Positions 1-9,652 of a stretch of 64,000 bases of DNA are shown piece after piece. Position numbers and translations under genes: made by a program. A model generated the notes under the pieces. That model did no database searches. It was given only the letters and a program-made list of their open reading frames with translations, and was not told the DNA's origin. Source of the stretch: a virus; IMG/VR virus record IMGVR_UViG_3300013137_000015, positions 8,003-72,002 of that record; one strand, given 5' to 3'. The stretch's first letter is position 1; each line of letters opens with the position of its first letter.

Positions 1-77
1 GTATAAATCAATATAACATTAAAAAACAAGATTGATAATTTAAATAATACTAATACTTATACAAGTTATAAGAATTA

Positions 78-107
78 ATAAAATCCACAAGAAATTGTGG
101 ATTTTTT
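78..107. terminator. Hairpin, probable bidirectional intrinsic terminator
   Basis: AAAATCCACAA-GAAA-TTGTGGATTTT with flanking A/T tracts; exact inverted copy at 868-897. Confidence 0.7.
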
Positions 108-843
108 AATTTATAGGATTAAATTCATATTTGTTTTTTATATAATTTTTAAATTTATATAAATTTTCTTTAATCTTTGGAATTAGTTTAACCAATTCTT
201 CTACTGTTAAATTATTTTCACTTATTTTAAATACTTTACTAAAATAAGCATCTTCTTTATCTGGTTTGCCGTATAAAAGTTTGTCTAACTTTTTTAAAAC
301 ATTATCACATTCTTCATCTGATATTTCTACACTACCATCAAATCTTTTAGTACTTTTTATTCCACCTAAATCTGCCATATTTGCGCTAATTCTCGTTGTC
401 GTTATAGAAGGACTAAAAAACAATTTAAATTTATCTTTTTCATATTCAAGTATTTCATCATCTAACATATGAACTTTGATCGAAAATTCTATCTTAGTAC
501 TATAATCATCATCTAAACCAGGAAATACAATAATTTTATTTTTTCTAAAATTTAATACTTCATATTCATATGTGTTATATTCATTTAATACAAAAGTTTT
601 TACTTCTGGTATTTCTTTTATTAAAATTTTATACAAATATTCTAATATTCCATGTCTATCATATCTATTGTGTTCTATATGATTGATCGCATTATTTAAA
701 TCAAAAGAATTTCCAGCATATAAACCATATTCAAATTTATTTTTATATGGTTCTAATTCAACCATCTTTTTAAAATCTGGTGGCAATCCTTTACCTTTTA
801 ATTCTTCTGTATCAAAATATTCAAATGATTTAATGTATTTCAT
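106..843 (-). CDS. Hypothetical protein with capsid-targeting-like N-terminal leader
   Basis: 245-aa ORF starting MKYIKSFEYF; late box TTTAATATATA 5 nt upstream. Confidence 0.75.
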   Translation of the reverse strand: MKYIKSFEYFDTEELKGKGLPPDFKKMVELEPYKNKFEYGLYAGNSFDLNNAINHIEHNRYDRHGILEYLYKILIKEIPEVKTFVLNEYNTYEYEVLNFRKNKIIVFPGLDDDYSTKIEFSIKVHMLDDEILEYEKDKFKLFFSPSITTTRISANMADLGGIKSTKRFDGSVEISDEECDNVLKKLDKLLYGKPDKEDAYFSKVFKISENNLTVEELVKLIPKIKENLYKFKNYIKNKYEFNPIN

Positions 844-848
844 ATTAG

Positions 849-859
849 TATATATTAAA
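849..859 (-). promoter_or_regulatory. Putative late promoter TTTAATATATA
   Basis: Same motif recurs just upstream of the tail tube, sheath and baseplate genes. Confidence 0.6.
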
Positions 860-867
860 TAAAAATA

Positions 868-897
868 AAAAAATCCACAATTTCTTGTGGATTTTAT
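868..897. terminator. Intrinsic terminator downstream of the tail tube gene
   Basis: AAAATCCACAA-TTTC-TTGTGGATTTT hairpin with a T tract on the minus strand. Confidence 0.75.
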
Positions 898-915
898 AAA
901 TTGTTTATTATTTGC

Positions 916-1473
916 TTAATAATACATGTCCTCATAGTAATCTGCAACGAATTTAGCAGTTAATGTAGCAATTTCATTTGAAGACCAATCTAAATCTTCC
1001 CAACCACTAAAATTAGTAATCTGAGCGTTATGATAGGTAACTCTTCTTATGATATGACCTTCTTTATCATGAGCGTGTACAATAATATCAGAAATAATAT
1101 TTTTCTTATAATGTACAGAACCATCTTCATTATTCCATACTAAATCATACCAATCTTTCATCATTCTCCAAGTCATAACTTGATAATTTTCATTAACATT
1201 CATGTTAAAGTTAATATCAACTGATGTATCAGTTTTATCAGGAAATGTCATGAACAATCTGGTCGAATATTTAAATCTTTGAGATTGTGTAGCAATATCA
1301 GGATAAGTTGGAAATTTAACAGTCGTTGTATTTTCAAGCAATATGGTTTCATAACCAGGATGAATAGCTTGAATAGCTGGTGGTAATATAATTACTACCT
1401 CATATAAATTTTTATAAACTGGTTCCCAAATTTTATTGTGAGAACTTATGTTCGTAAAATGTGGTAAAGGCAT
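916..1473 (-). CDS. Tail tube protein (T4 gp19-like)
   Basis: 185 aa; MPLPHF start, EPVYKNLYEV, WYDLVWN, LDWS...F.ADY pattern of myophage tube proteins; downstream of the sheath gene. Confidence 0.8.
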   Translation of the reverse strand: MPLPHFTNISSHNKIWEPVYKNLYEVVIILPPAIQAIHPGYETILLENTTTVKFPTYPDIATQSQRFKYSTRLFMTFPDKTDTSVDINFNMNVNENYQVMTWRMMKDWYDLVWNNEDGSVHYKKNIISDIIVHAHDKEGHIIRRVTYHNAQITNFSGWEDLDWSSNEIATLTAKFVADYYEDMYY

Positions 1474-1506
1474 ATTCTTTCTTAATTATTTTTTGTTTGT
1501 TACTCT

Positions 1507-1517
1507 TATATATTAAA
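1507..1517 (-). promoter_or_regulatory. Putative late promoter for the tail tube gene (second copy at 1554-1564)
   Basis: TTTAATATATA on the minus strand about 33 nt before the ATG. Confidence 0.6.
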
Positions 1518-1572
1518 TATTTTAATCGAAAAATTACATTTTTTGTTCAATGTTATATATTAAATTTAAATA

Positions 1573-3270
1573 TCAAATTTTACGTTTCCATATAAAACAT
1601 ATATGACCAGAATTATAAATTCGAAAAATATTTCTATTTTGCATTTCTTCGTGTTCTGTTTTATCTGTGTTCAACTTATTTTTTCTAAAATTGAATCTGT
1701 GCTTTCGTATTTTATCAACAACATAATGATAACCAATTTTTGTTATATGATCTTCTATAAAATCCAATTTTTTATATACATTACCATTAGAATAGCTTCT
1801 ATCAGCATATGAAACTATTAAATTTGTATTATATTTAGTTGTAAAATATTTAAACAATTTGCTTGCACCACCTATAATATTAGTGTTCAATTTATTACAA
1901 AAACGCAAAAGTTCATAGTCATATTGTTTTAATTTTCCAATACCCAATCTATTTTTACCAAGTGTCATTAAAGAAACTAATTCATTATTATAATATAAAC
2001 CTAATTTTACAGAAGAACCAACAAAACCTTGAATATGATTATTATTAAGAAAATCTCTTACTAAAATATTATCTGTTATTTCTTTTATTTCACATTTTCT
2101 AGCATAAATTCTATTTTCTATTTTGTTCAATTTATTTAAAATCATCGATTTAATTATATTTTTTTTATAATTCCAATCGTCTTCATAAATGTGTATTAAT
2201 TGAATATTTTTATTCAAACAATCTATTGTTTTATTATAATGATAATATTTAGGTTTATGTAATTCAGAATGCCAATATAAACCATTAAATTCAAAAGCTA
2301 ATCCTAAATCAGGTAAATAAATATCTAATTCGTTTTTTATTGTATTTCTATCATTCTCTAATATTTTACCATTATAATTATTTTTTATAAAATTTAATAA
2401 TTCTATTTGTAATCCTGATATAGATTTATTAATAGGATTACATTCAGTACATAAAACGGTGTTTGTTCTTCTTCTACTACTTAATAAAACATAATTTATT
2501 TTAAATTCATGACCATATTCGCATTTCATTAAATATTCTTTATTTTCTAAATCGATATTTATTACATTATATTCATCATAATAATTTAAAAATTTTGTTA
2601 ATAATGTTTTGTTTTGTTTTTCTCTTGCTTTAATTTGTATATCTTTATTTTGTAAAGCATATTCAACACCATATCTTTCTTTCATAGTCTTTAATATTTT
2701 ATCATTTATTTTCTTTACTTTTTTCACATTGTCAACACCATATCTTTCAAAATTTGTTTCTTTCATCTTTTCTTTTATTATATCAGATTTTAAAGGAACA
2801 ACCACATTATAGTTATCAAATAAAGTTTCTTTAGACTTTTTATTTATTTCATCATTTTGCAAAGGACAATTACATCCATATTTTTCATTATTCGTTTTTA
2901 TCATTTTTTCTTTAATGATACTTGATTCTGCTGGTGTCTTTGTGCCAAATTTTTCTAATGATTTATTTTGTTTTTCCTTTATTATATTTGGATCTGTTCC
3001 TAAACATTTGTTACAACAATATGAATAATAACCAATTGTCGAATTTTTAAATTTCACTACATTATTACAATTTGGATTTTTACATCTTACAATTTCTTTT
3101 ATATTATTTAAATAGTGATATACTTGTTGTTTAAATGGTAGTATAACAAGATTATATTTATTTACAAATGTTTTTATTTCTTCATAAATTTCATTATAAT
3201 GTTCTGTTACATATTTTTCTCTAAACATTTTACCAGATGGATCTATTAATTCCCTCAGTTTTTCTTTCAT
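1573..3270 (-). CDS. Free-standing homing endonuclease (Hef-like / Vsr-type PD-(D/E)XK)
   Basis: Zn ribbon CKNPNC..YCCNKC, K/RYGV helical repeats, ELDIYLP..AFEFNGLYWH nuclease motif, C-terminal NHIQG..ELLRFC..GGASKL..SYADR domain; sits between sheath and tube. Confidence 0.75.
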   Translation of the reverse strand: MKEKLRELIDPSGKMFREKYVTEHYNEIYEEIKTFVNKYNLVILPFKQQVYHYLNNIKEIVRCKNPNCNNVVKFKNSTIGYYSYCCNKCLGTDPNIIKEKQNKSLEKFGTKTPAESSIIKEKMIKTNNEKYGCNCPLQNDEINKKSKETLFDNYNVVVPLKSDIIKEKMKETNFERYGVDNVKKVKKINDKILKTMKERYGVEYALQNKDIQIKAREKQNKTLLTKFLNYYDEYNVINIDLENKEYLMKCEYGHEFKINYVLLSSRRRTNTVLCTECNPINKSISGLQIELLNFIKNNYNGKILENDRNTIKNELDIYLPDLGLAFEFNGLYWHSELHKPKYYHYNKTIDCLNKNIQLIHIYEDDWNYKKNIIKSMILNKLNKIENRIYARKCEIKEITDNILVRDFLNNNHIQGFVGSSVKLGLYYNNELVSLMTLGKNRLGIGKLKQYDYELLRFCNKLNTNIIGGASKLFKYFTTKYNTNLIVSYADRSYSNGNVYKKLDFIEDHITKIGYHYVVDKIRKHRFNFRKNKLNTDKTEHEEMQNRNIFRIYNSGHICFIWKRKI

Positions 3271-3304
3271 AATATAAGTATCTTTTATTCCTATATATTA
3301 AAAG

Positions 3305-3335
3305 AAAAAAGCCAAAAAATGATTTTTGGCTTTTT
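3305..3335. terminator. Intrinsic terminator after the tail sheath gene
   Basis: AAAAAAGCCAAAAA-atga-TTTTTGGCTTTTT inverted repeat. Confidence 0.65.
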
Positions 3336-3343
3336 AAATTTAA

Positions 3344-6300
3344 TTATTGTGCGAATCCACCTGATTCAATATCACCTTTTTTCAAGATTGTAATATTGTT
3401 TACAATGATACCCATACCTTTAATGATCTCTATATACGTATCAAGAACACCCATTTGTAAATCTATGATATAATTTGTATTATTTGTTTCATCGATTACA
3501 TTTCTGAAATTGTATAAAGCGTCTCTATCTTGCATATCTTTACAGATTTTATCAGCTCTATATTTAATTTCGGCTCTGATTTCAGGAGTATTAAATCTCC
3601 ATTGGTATCTAAGTAACATATCGTACAACGAGTTTTCAAGTTCAATCAAAACTTCTCTTGAGTGAATTATGCTCAATGAACTGTATGGAAATACTTGTGC
3701 AGTTGATTCTGAGTTAATAGCGTAACCTACATCTCTAACTTTAACGATTGGGTTAAGGTTCATAGCATATAAATTTTCTAAATCATTATCATTGAAATCC
3801 ATTTCTACACCAGCGATATTAGTAACTCTACCACTTGTGATACCTGCACATATTGTCCAAGGTTCGATTGCACCAGAGATCGATACAAATTTTTGCATAT
3901 AGGTTGTTGCTGCCCAAGCTGATGGTGGTACATCTTTAGGTATACCGTTATCATCAACAGTTACATATGGGAAGAAGTAACCTACACAAGAACGACCAAC
4001 TCCACTTGCGAATGAATATAAGAATGATGGGTTTTTGCTTTCATCACCACCTGCTTTAAGATAGGTTGTATTCAAAGTTCTATCATCATTTATAAATGAA
4101 GGATTTGAACTTGATTTAAGTGTTCTAACACTTGGTGCATTAATGAAACCTAAGCAATTTAATTTCATTCCGCAAAGGTCAGCGAATTGTTGTTTTGAAT
4201 TTGCAGTTAATCCTAAACCAAATGAATCTACCAAATATCTCCAAGAGATTTTGTTTTTGTTTACAAGACCTTTAGCAAGATTTGTTGTTTTACCCATAAC
4301 ATCAAGGATTGTAGTTAATCTTGATTCTGTGTTATTAGGTATAGAATCTGCGTGTATTGTAAATGGAGTTAATGCAATGCCTTTATATGTTGATGCATAA
4401 GTATCAATATGTGGATAAAGTGTAGTTTGATAATCAACACCACCACCTACTTGTGAAATTTGTGAAATCTTAATAGGCGCATCTGTTGTAATAACTTTCC
4501 AATCAGTATTAGTAGAGTCTATTGTTGTACTTAATACTCTTGTAAGTTTACGAGCATCATAAGTCAAACTTTCATCATACCAAGCTTCAAGGAAATCACC
4601 TTTCTTAATTTCTGAATATCTTAGTTTATCAACTTTAATTTGATAAACTAAGTTAGGTAGTTTAGTTGTATCTAAATATTCAATTTCAACAGTTTGTTTA
4701 TAACTTGATTTATTTGACCAAATTGTAAGTTGGCTATCATAAGTTGATGTTGATGTCCAGTTAGTAATAGGTTGTGAACTTATTTGATCGTTAGCCATTA
4801 AATCAATATACATAATATCTGTTCCTTGAATCCAAGATTTAATATAAATCTTTAATGTAGAACCTGTATCATTATTTACATAAGCATAATCCCAATTATT
4901 AATTACACCATCATAAATATCAATGTATAAGTCTGAATATTTACCAATTATACCTGCAGCATATGAAGCACTTTGACCAGAACCACCCATTATTTCAATT
5001 GGAGCTAATGTACTAACTAATCTATCCGTGGCTGTTGAACCAATTCTAAATTCATTATCAAGATAGTAAACTAACCATTTGTAAGAATTTGTATCATAAA
5101 AATCTGTATAATCATATGAACCTGTGTTAATTGTTATACTAGCGTTATAAGTTGTTGAATAATCTATGAATGTTGCATTTTCTATTGCAAGTTTGTAGCC
5201 AGTTGTATTATTAATTAAAAGACCTTTTCCATCACCAAGATAAGACTCCATCTCATCATAAGCTGCTCTATATCTTAATTGTGTATAGTCCTTTAAGCTT
5301 GTTGCTCCAAGTGTATTACCAAATGTTAATACAGTATAATTTGTATCAGCAATAGTGTAACCACTTATAACAATATCAGTTAAAGGTAAATAACCAGCAG
5401 TATAATCTAATGTTATAGGAGTATACTCTGTGTCAATATAATGATCAGTTATACCTGATGGTGTTGATAAACTTGTGTCAGCAGATAATACTTGGAAATG
5501 AACATAACCTAAAATAATAGCATCTGAATAATTTGTGTCAAAGTCTGGTAATTCAGCAGTTGAATTATCAGATTGCGTACCTTTAAGTATATTTACTGTA
5601 TCTGTACCTTCTGTTAAATATAATACATCATATCTTTCAATACCTGTATCTTTATTAGAAGAAGAAATTGTTAATGGTTCAAATGTATAAACTGTTGTAC
5701 CACTATCAAGTTTATATTGAGCACCACCTAAATTAAAATATGATGCAGTTGATAAATCAAATTCTACTGTAGCTTTTTGTACGTAGAAATTTGAAGGCAA
5801 TGTTGTAGTACCAGTTGCAAAAAGTATTGGCGAACCACCATATGTTTCTGATAAGCTAATCCAGTCATTATTTGTTGCAGATTCTTCAACATAATATGAT
5901 TGATAAGCTATAAGACCACCATAATTTTGGTTAACATAAACCACATCACCTGCTACGAATTTTGAATGATAATCACTTACTGGTGATGTATCAAAATCAA
6001 CTGTAGCCGCATAATTTGTACATAACCAACTCTTACCTGTAGCATATGTTACTTCAGTCATATTAATAAGAGTCCTTCCTGTACTATTGATATGTGTATT
6101 ATGAACATACCAATTTGTATTAGAAGCTTTTCTACTTGCTCTTGAAGCAAAAGCATCTGTATATAAATCTGTACTATAATTACCAAATACATTATTTAAT
6201 GCATCTAATGATACTTGTTCATAAGTAAGTGATTCAATAATACTTTCTTGATATGACAAGAAATCAATTTCACTTGTTTCTTCACCTACAACACCATCAC

Positions 6301-7237
6301 CAATTAAATCAAGTTTTCCTGTTGGATAATCAGAATCTAATAAAACACTTTCATTATAAGCACAGAATAAACCAGTCTTATCGGTGTTGTTATTAATAGT
6401 AGATTTGATATACATATCTCTACCATCAAGATCCTTAAAATAAGGAATTAATGAACAGTCATAATAAGCTGCAACTGTTACATTAGTTTCATTAACAAAG
6501 TCTTGAATTGTAGTTTTATCTAAACCTTCAGATGTGAAGTAATTGCTCCAAGTTGTATCAACTGACAAGTTATCATAATCTGTCCAGTCACCATAAACAA
6601 CTAATACAGAAACCATATAATCAGAAATCCAATCTTTTGGGTGAATGTATGCAGGAACTTTTGTAACACCTCCATACCAATCTTCTGCTGTTACATCAAA
6701 TCCAGTTACGGATGATTTATAAAGGAAAACTGTGATAGTTTTATCACCTAAGTTTGTTATATGTAATAATCTATCTTCATCTGGTGTTGGATCATTTACA
6801 TAATCTAAAAATGATTCATCATCTCTATTCCAGAAATCTTGTCTGTTGAATATTCTTGAATATGGAATTTGTGCTGAAGCAGCATTGTCATAAGCTGATG
6901 CACAAGATACAGATTTCCAAGTTAATTTGTCTCTTGTATCATTTGTACTCAATAAATTTAGAGCCCATATTGGACCGTTTTCCAACATTTTTATACAAGT
7001 TCTGTGGAAAAATGAACCTTTTCTTTCCAAAGATTTGTCTATTTCACCAAATATTGTTTCAAAATCAGTTCTATTTGTTACATAAACAGGTCTATTTACT
7101 GGTCCTTTTTTTGAAAATCCTGGTACTAAATTAATTAGCACATTCTGTACTGGCAATTCTATAATAGACTGGTCTATTTCGTTGATAAAAATACCTGGTC
7201 TTTTATATTTTCCAAGGTCCTTTGTTTGTACGCCCAT
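3344..7237 (-). CDS. Tail sheath protein (enlarged, 1297 aa)
   Basis: N-terminal RPGIFINEID..GFSKKGPVNRP..F..IFG; C-terminal VPPS, NLNPI, FNTPEIR, VIDETNNT sheath motifs. Confidence 0.9.
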   Translation of the reverse strand: MGVQTKDLGKYKRPGIFINEIDQSIIELPVQNVLINLVPGFSKKGPVNRPVYVTNRTDFETIFGEIDKSLERKGSFFHRTCIKMLENGPIWALNLLSTNDTRDKLTWKSVSCASAYDNAASAQIPYSRIFNRQDFWNRDDESFLDYVNDPTPDEDRLLHITNLGDKTITVFLYKSSVTGFDVTAEDWYGGVTKVPAYIHPKDWISDYMVSVLVVYGDWTDYDNLSVDTTWSNYFTSEGLDKTTIQDFVNETNVTVAAYYDCSLIPYFKDLDGRDMYIKSTINNNTDKTGLFCAYNESVLLDSDYPTGKLDLIGDGVVGEETSEIDFLSYQESIIESLTYEQVSLDALNNVFGNYSTDLYTDAFASRASRKASNTNWYVHNTHINSTGRTLINMTEVTYATGKSWLCTNYAATVDFDTSPVSDYHSKFVAGDVVYVNQNYGGLIAYQSYYVEESATNNDWISLSETYGGSPILFATGTTTLPSNFYVQKATVEFDLSTASYFNLGGAQYKLDSGTTVYTFEPLTISSSNKDTGIERYDVLYLTEGTDTVNILKGTQSDNSTAELPDFDTNYSDAIILGYVHFQVLSADTSLSTPSGITDHYIDTEYTPITLDYTAGYLPLTDIVISGYTIADTNYTVLTFGNTLGATSLKDYTQLRYRAAYDEMESYLGDGKGLLINNTTGYKLAIENATFIDYSTTYNASITINTGSYDYTDFYDTNSYKWLVYYLDNEFRIGSTATDRLVSTLAPIEIMGGSGQSASYAAGIIGKYSDLYIDIYDGVINNWDYAYVNNDTGSTLKIYIKSWIQGTDIMYIDLMANDQISSQPITNWTSTSTYDSQLTIWSNKSSYKQTVEIEYLDTTKLPNLVYQIKVDKLRYSEIKKGDFLEAWYDESLTYDARKLTRVLSTTIDSTNTDWKVITTDAPIKISQISQVGGGVDYQTTLYPHIDTYASTYKGIALTPFTIHADSIPNNTESRLTTILDVMGKTTNLAKGLVNKNKISWRYLVDSFGLGLTANSKQQFADLCGMKLNCLGFINAPSVRTLKSSSNPSFINDDRTLNTTYLKAGGDESKNPSFLYSFASGVGRSCVGYFFPYVTVDDNGIPKDVPPSAWAATTYMQKFVSISGAIEPWTICAGITSGRVTNIAGVEMDFNDNDLENLYAMNLNPIVKVRDVGYAINSESTAQVFPYSSLSIIHSREVLIELENSLYDMLLRYQWRFNTPEIRAEIKYRADKICKDMQDRDALYNFRNVIDETNNTNYIIDLQMGVLDTYIEIIKGMGIIVNNITILKKGDIESGGFAQ

Positions 7238-7263
7238 ATAAAGTTAATTTTTTTTTCTTTTTA

Positions 7264-7698
7264 TTATATATTAAATAAAAAATCCATTTTTTCGTTAATT
7301 TTATCCTTATAAGATATTCTCAACAAAAATATTCCATTTTTAAAACAATAATTATCTCTGATTTTATCTTTTATTTGTATTTCTTCAAACTTTTCTATAC
7401 CACCAAAATAATCAATAGGTTTATAATGTTGTAAACCATCATATTCTATACACATATTCAAAATTGGTAAATAAAAATCAAACGGTAATTTATATTTATA
7501 TCTACAATTATCAAATGTATGTTCTCGTAGATATTTTATTCTCAATGAATCTGGTGATTGTGGAAATATATAACCGCAATCATTACATTTTATCATAACT
7601 TTTGTTCTAGTATTTATGTAATTTACTAAACTATAATCATATTTATCACCGTGTATTTGTGCTTTTGATACAAATTCATCTTTGGTCAACTTTTTCAT
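7264..7698 (-). CDS. Small Vsr/DUF559-like endonuclease, probably an internally deleted homing endonuclease
   Basis: HGDKYDYSLVNY..CNDC repeat unit joined directly to LPFDFYLP..IEYDGLQH; likely start MKKLTK at 7698 after a late box at 7704-7714. Confidence 0.65.
   Translation of the reverse strand: MKKLTKDEFVSKAQIHGDKYDYSLVNYINTRTKVMIKCNDCGYIFPQSPDSLRIKYLREHTFDNCRYKYKLPFDFYLPILNMCIEYDGLQHYKPIDYFGGIEKFEEIQIKDKIRDNYCFKNGIFLLRISYKDKINEKMDFLFNI
7265..7275 (-). promoter_or_regulatory. Putative late promoter for the tail sheath gene
   Basis: TTTAATATATA 27 nt upstream of the sheath ATG. Confidence 0.6.
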
Positions 7699-7711
7699 AT
7701 AGATATATATT

Positions 7712-7745
7712 AAAAAAGTGGTTAATAAAAAATTAACCACTTTTA
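7712..7745. terminator. Intrinsic terminator
   Basis: AAAAGTGGTTAAT-aaaaa-ATTAACCACTTTT inverted repeat. Confidence 0.6.
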
Positions 7746-7764
7746 GAGTTGTTGATATTGATGT

Positions 7765-8940
7765 TTACAAAAGATTTTTAAGGTGTTTTCTGAAGATTAT
7801 TTCAACCTCTTCTTTATACTTAACAGGATAACAGATAGAATCATGAATAGTGAACAACTTTATCTCTGGAAATTTCATTTTTATCTCAGTAACAACCTTA
7901 CCGAATATAAAATCACTTTCTAATAACTGTAATTCATGACTTAATTCCTTATATGAATCGGACATATCTTTATATTCTTTTATATATGAATATATCGATG
8001 GATATAACTTTTGAAACATCTTATCTGATTCTCTATACTTATTGTGTCCAAATAAAACCTTATACATTAAGGTTTTAGCATCGTTTCTATTTTGTATTTT
8101 ATCTGGATATGCTTGTAATATTTGATCGTATATCAAACCGTTCTTAACACATTCAACATATTTTTTCACTTCATCATTAAAATTCTTTTCACTTAATTCA
8201 TTTTTTAGATATACTGCAAAGAAAAATGGTTGAGAATTACTTATGTCTGTTTCTTTTATATCTTCACCATCTATTGTGAGATAATTGTTCCTTAGATATT
8301 TTTTAAGAACAGTGAAATTAGTATGCAATCTACCATAACCATCAAATTTGAAAAAAATATGACCAGTATTTATACCATCTATTGATATAAGATTTTTAAA
8401 ATATTTATTTAGGTCTAAGTCTTTATTAGCCTTTTTATTATTTAACCAGTCCAATGATTTTTCATAATCTATTGCAACATGGTATAAATCATCTATCAAC
8501 TTTTTCCTTAAATTAAAATCTATAGGACTCTCTTGTTGAGATGTAAATGTACGATATAAATAATCTTTACTATGTTTTTTGAGTAAGATATTATCAGTTA
8601 TTTTGTGTCTTGTTATGTCAAATGTAGTTATATTAAGTTTGTAAGTCTTTGATTTTCTACCTGCATAATAATTAGAGGTGAGTTTCATGAACTTAATATA
8701 TGTAAGATATTCTATATAAATATTGTATGTTTTACCATACTTTCTTCTTAATATACTTGACCATAAATTATGAGATTCTTCATTAGTTGTTAGATACCTG
8801 AGTATTAACTCATGCATTATATTAATAATGTAATCTGTTTTTAACTTATATTCTTTATATTCAATTGTTTTAACTTTTGTTAAATGTTCAAATTCTCGGG
8901 GGATAAATTGCCAGAAAAAAGTCTTATCAGGTCTGCACAT
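7765..8940 (-). CDS. Minimal PolA / T7-RNAP-superfamily polymerase-like protein
   Basis: DGYGRLH (DxxGR), DISNSQP (motif A), RNDAKTLMYKVLFG (motif B), IHDSI (motif C); no exonuclease domain. Confidence 0.6.
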   Translation of the reverse strand: MCRPDKTFFWQFIPREFEHLTKVKTIEYKEYKLKTDYIINIMHELILRYLTTNEESHNLWSSILRRKYGKTYNIYIEYLTYIKFMKLTSNYYAGRKSKTYKLNITTFDITRHKITDNILLKKHSKDYLYRTFTSQQESPIDFNLRKKLIDDLYHVAIDYEKSLDWLNNKKANKDLDLNKYFKNLISIDGINTGHIFFKFDGYGRLHTNFTVLKKYLRNNYLTIDGEDIKETDISNSQPFFFAVYLKNELSEKNFNDEVKKYVECVKNGLIYDQILQAYPDKIQNRNDAKTLMYKVLFGHNKYRESDKMFQKLYPSIYSYIKEYKDMSDSYKELSHELQLLESDFIFGKVVTEIKMKFPEIKLFTIHDSICYPVKYKEEVEIIFRKHLKNLL

Positions 8941-9054
8941 TCATATATCATTCGTTTTGTAATTTTACTCGATTTCATCAATAAAGTTTTATAAATTAAA
9001 ATTATTAGTAAGTATCATGATTTTGCACTTTTTTTTATTTTGAAATTTTTGCCA

Positions 9055-9062
9055 TATCTTTG
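9055..9062 (+). promoter_or_regulatory. Bacteroidota-type sigma70 -7 element (early promoter)
   Basis: TATCTTTG matches TAnnTTTG; identical boxes at 13106, 13271, 15659 and 30037, all intergenic and upstream of + strand ORFs. Confidence 0.65.
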
Positions 9063-9086
9063 CATTGTAGAAGAAATATCTGAAAA

Positions 9087-9278
9087 ATGAAAAATACTTA
9101 TTTAGAATGTTCACGCCCAAAACTTTATGAGAAGGCTTATAAAGAAATGCCTATTTTTGATGCAAAACAAGGTGTTGTTTCTCACCCACTTGATAAAAAG
9201 TGGTTAAGAGAAGAAAAATTAGAAAGAATAGAAAATCCTTCAGATGGTGTCCTTTACAAGATATTATTCAAAAATTGA
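9087..9278 (+). CDS. Small hypothetical protein
   Basis: 63-aa ORF behind the TATCTTTG box; contains LREEKLERI. Confidence 0.6.
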   Translation: MKNTYLECSRPKLYEKAYKEMPIFDAKQGVVSHPLDKKWLREEKLERIENPSDGVLYKILFKN

Positions 9279-9281
9279 AAT

Positions 9282-9309
9282 AAACTTTTAAAAAAATAAA
9301 TAATACATT
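9282..9309 (+). promoter_or_regulatory. Putative middle promoter AAAC-N18-TACATT
   Basis: Member of a recurring AAAC-N17/18-TAnAAY-like motif; upstream of the clpC N-half. Confidence 0.45.
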
Positions 9310-9333
9310 AGAAACATAAAAACATTTTCAAAT

Positions 9334-9597
9334 ATGAACGAAAACGCTAACGCAAATAAAGAAAGTATTTTAGCACAATTTTCCACTGATATTACGGAAC
9401 TTGCAAAATCTGATTTGCTCGACCCTGTGATTGGTAGAGAAAGAGAAATTGAAAGGGTTGCTCAAATACTTTCACGTAGAAATAAGAACAATCCCGTTCT
9501 TATAGGAGAACCTGGTTGTGTTGATAGTGATACAATAATAAACGTACAGAAAATATCAGATGATTTTTCTCATGAAAATGTAGAAATTGACTATTAA
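9334..9597 (+). CDS. clpC: ClpC N-terminal fragment fused to split-intein N-part
   Basis: [33 protein letters not shown] (61 aa) followed by C-VDSDTII (intein block A) and a stop after 26 aa. Confidence 0.9.
   Translation: MNENANANKESILAQFSTDITELAKSDLLDPVIGREREIERVAQILSRRNKNNPVLIGEPGCVDSDTIINVQKISDDFSHENVEIDY
9517..9594 (+). mobile_element. Split intein N-fragment (IntN, 26 aa)
   Basis: [26 protein letters not shown] begins exactly inside Walker A. Confidence 0.85.
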
Positions 9598-9599
9598 TT

Positions 9600-9610
9600 T
9601 TTAATATATA
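9600..9610 (+). promoter_or_regulatory. Putative late promoter inside the fractured clpC locus
   Basis: TTTAATATATA just after the IntN stop, followed by hairpin GGTGTAGGGAAATACCAACACC (9619-9640). Confidence 0.55.
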
Positions 9611-9652
9611 GTTATACAGGTGTAGGGAAATACCAACACCAAATTTACTAAT

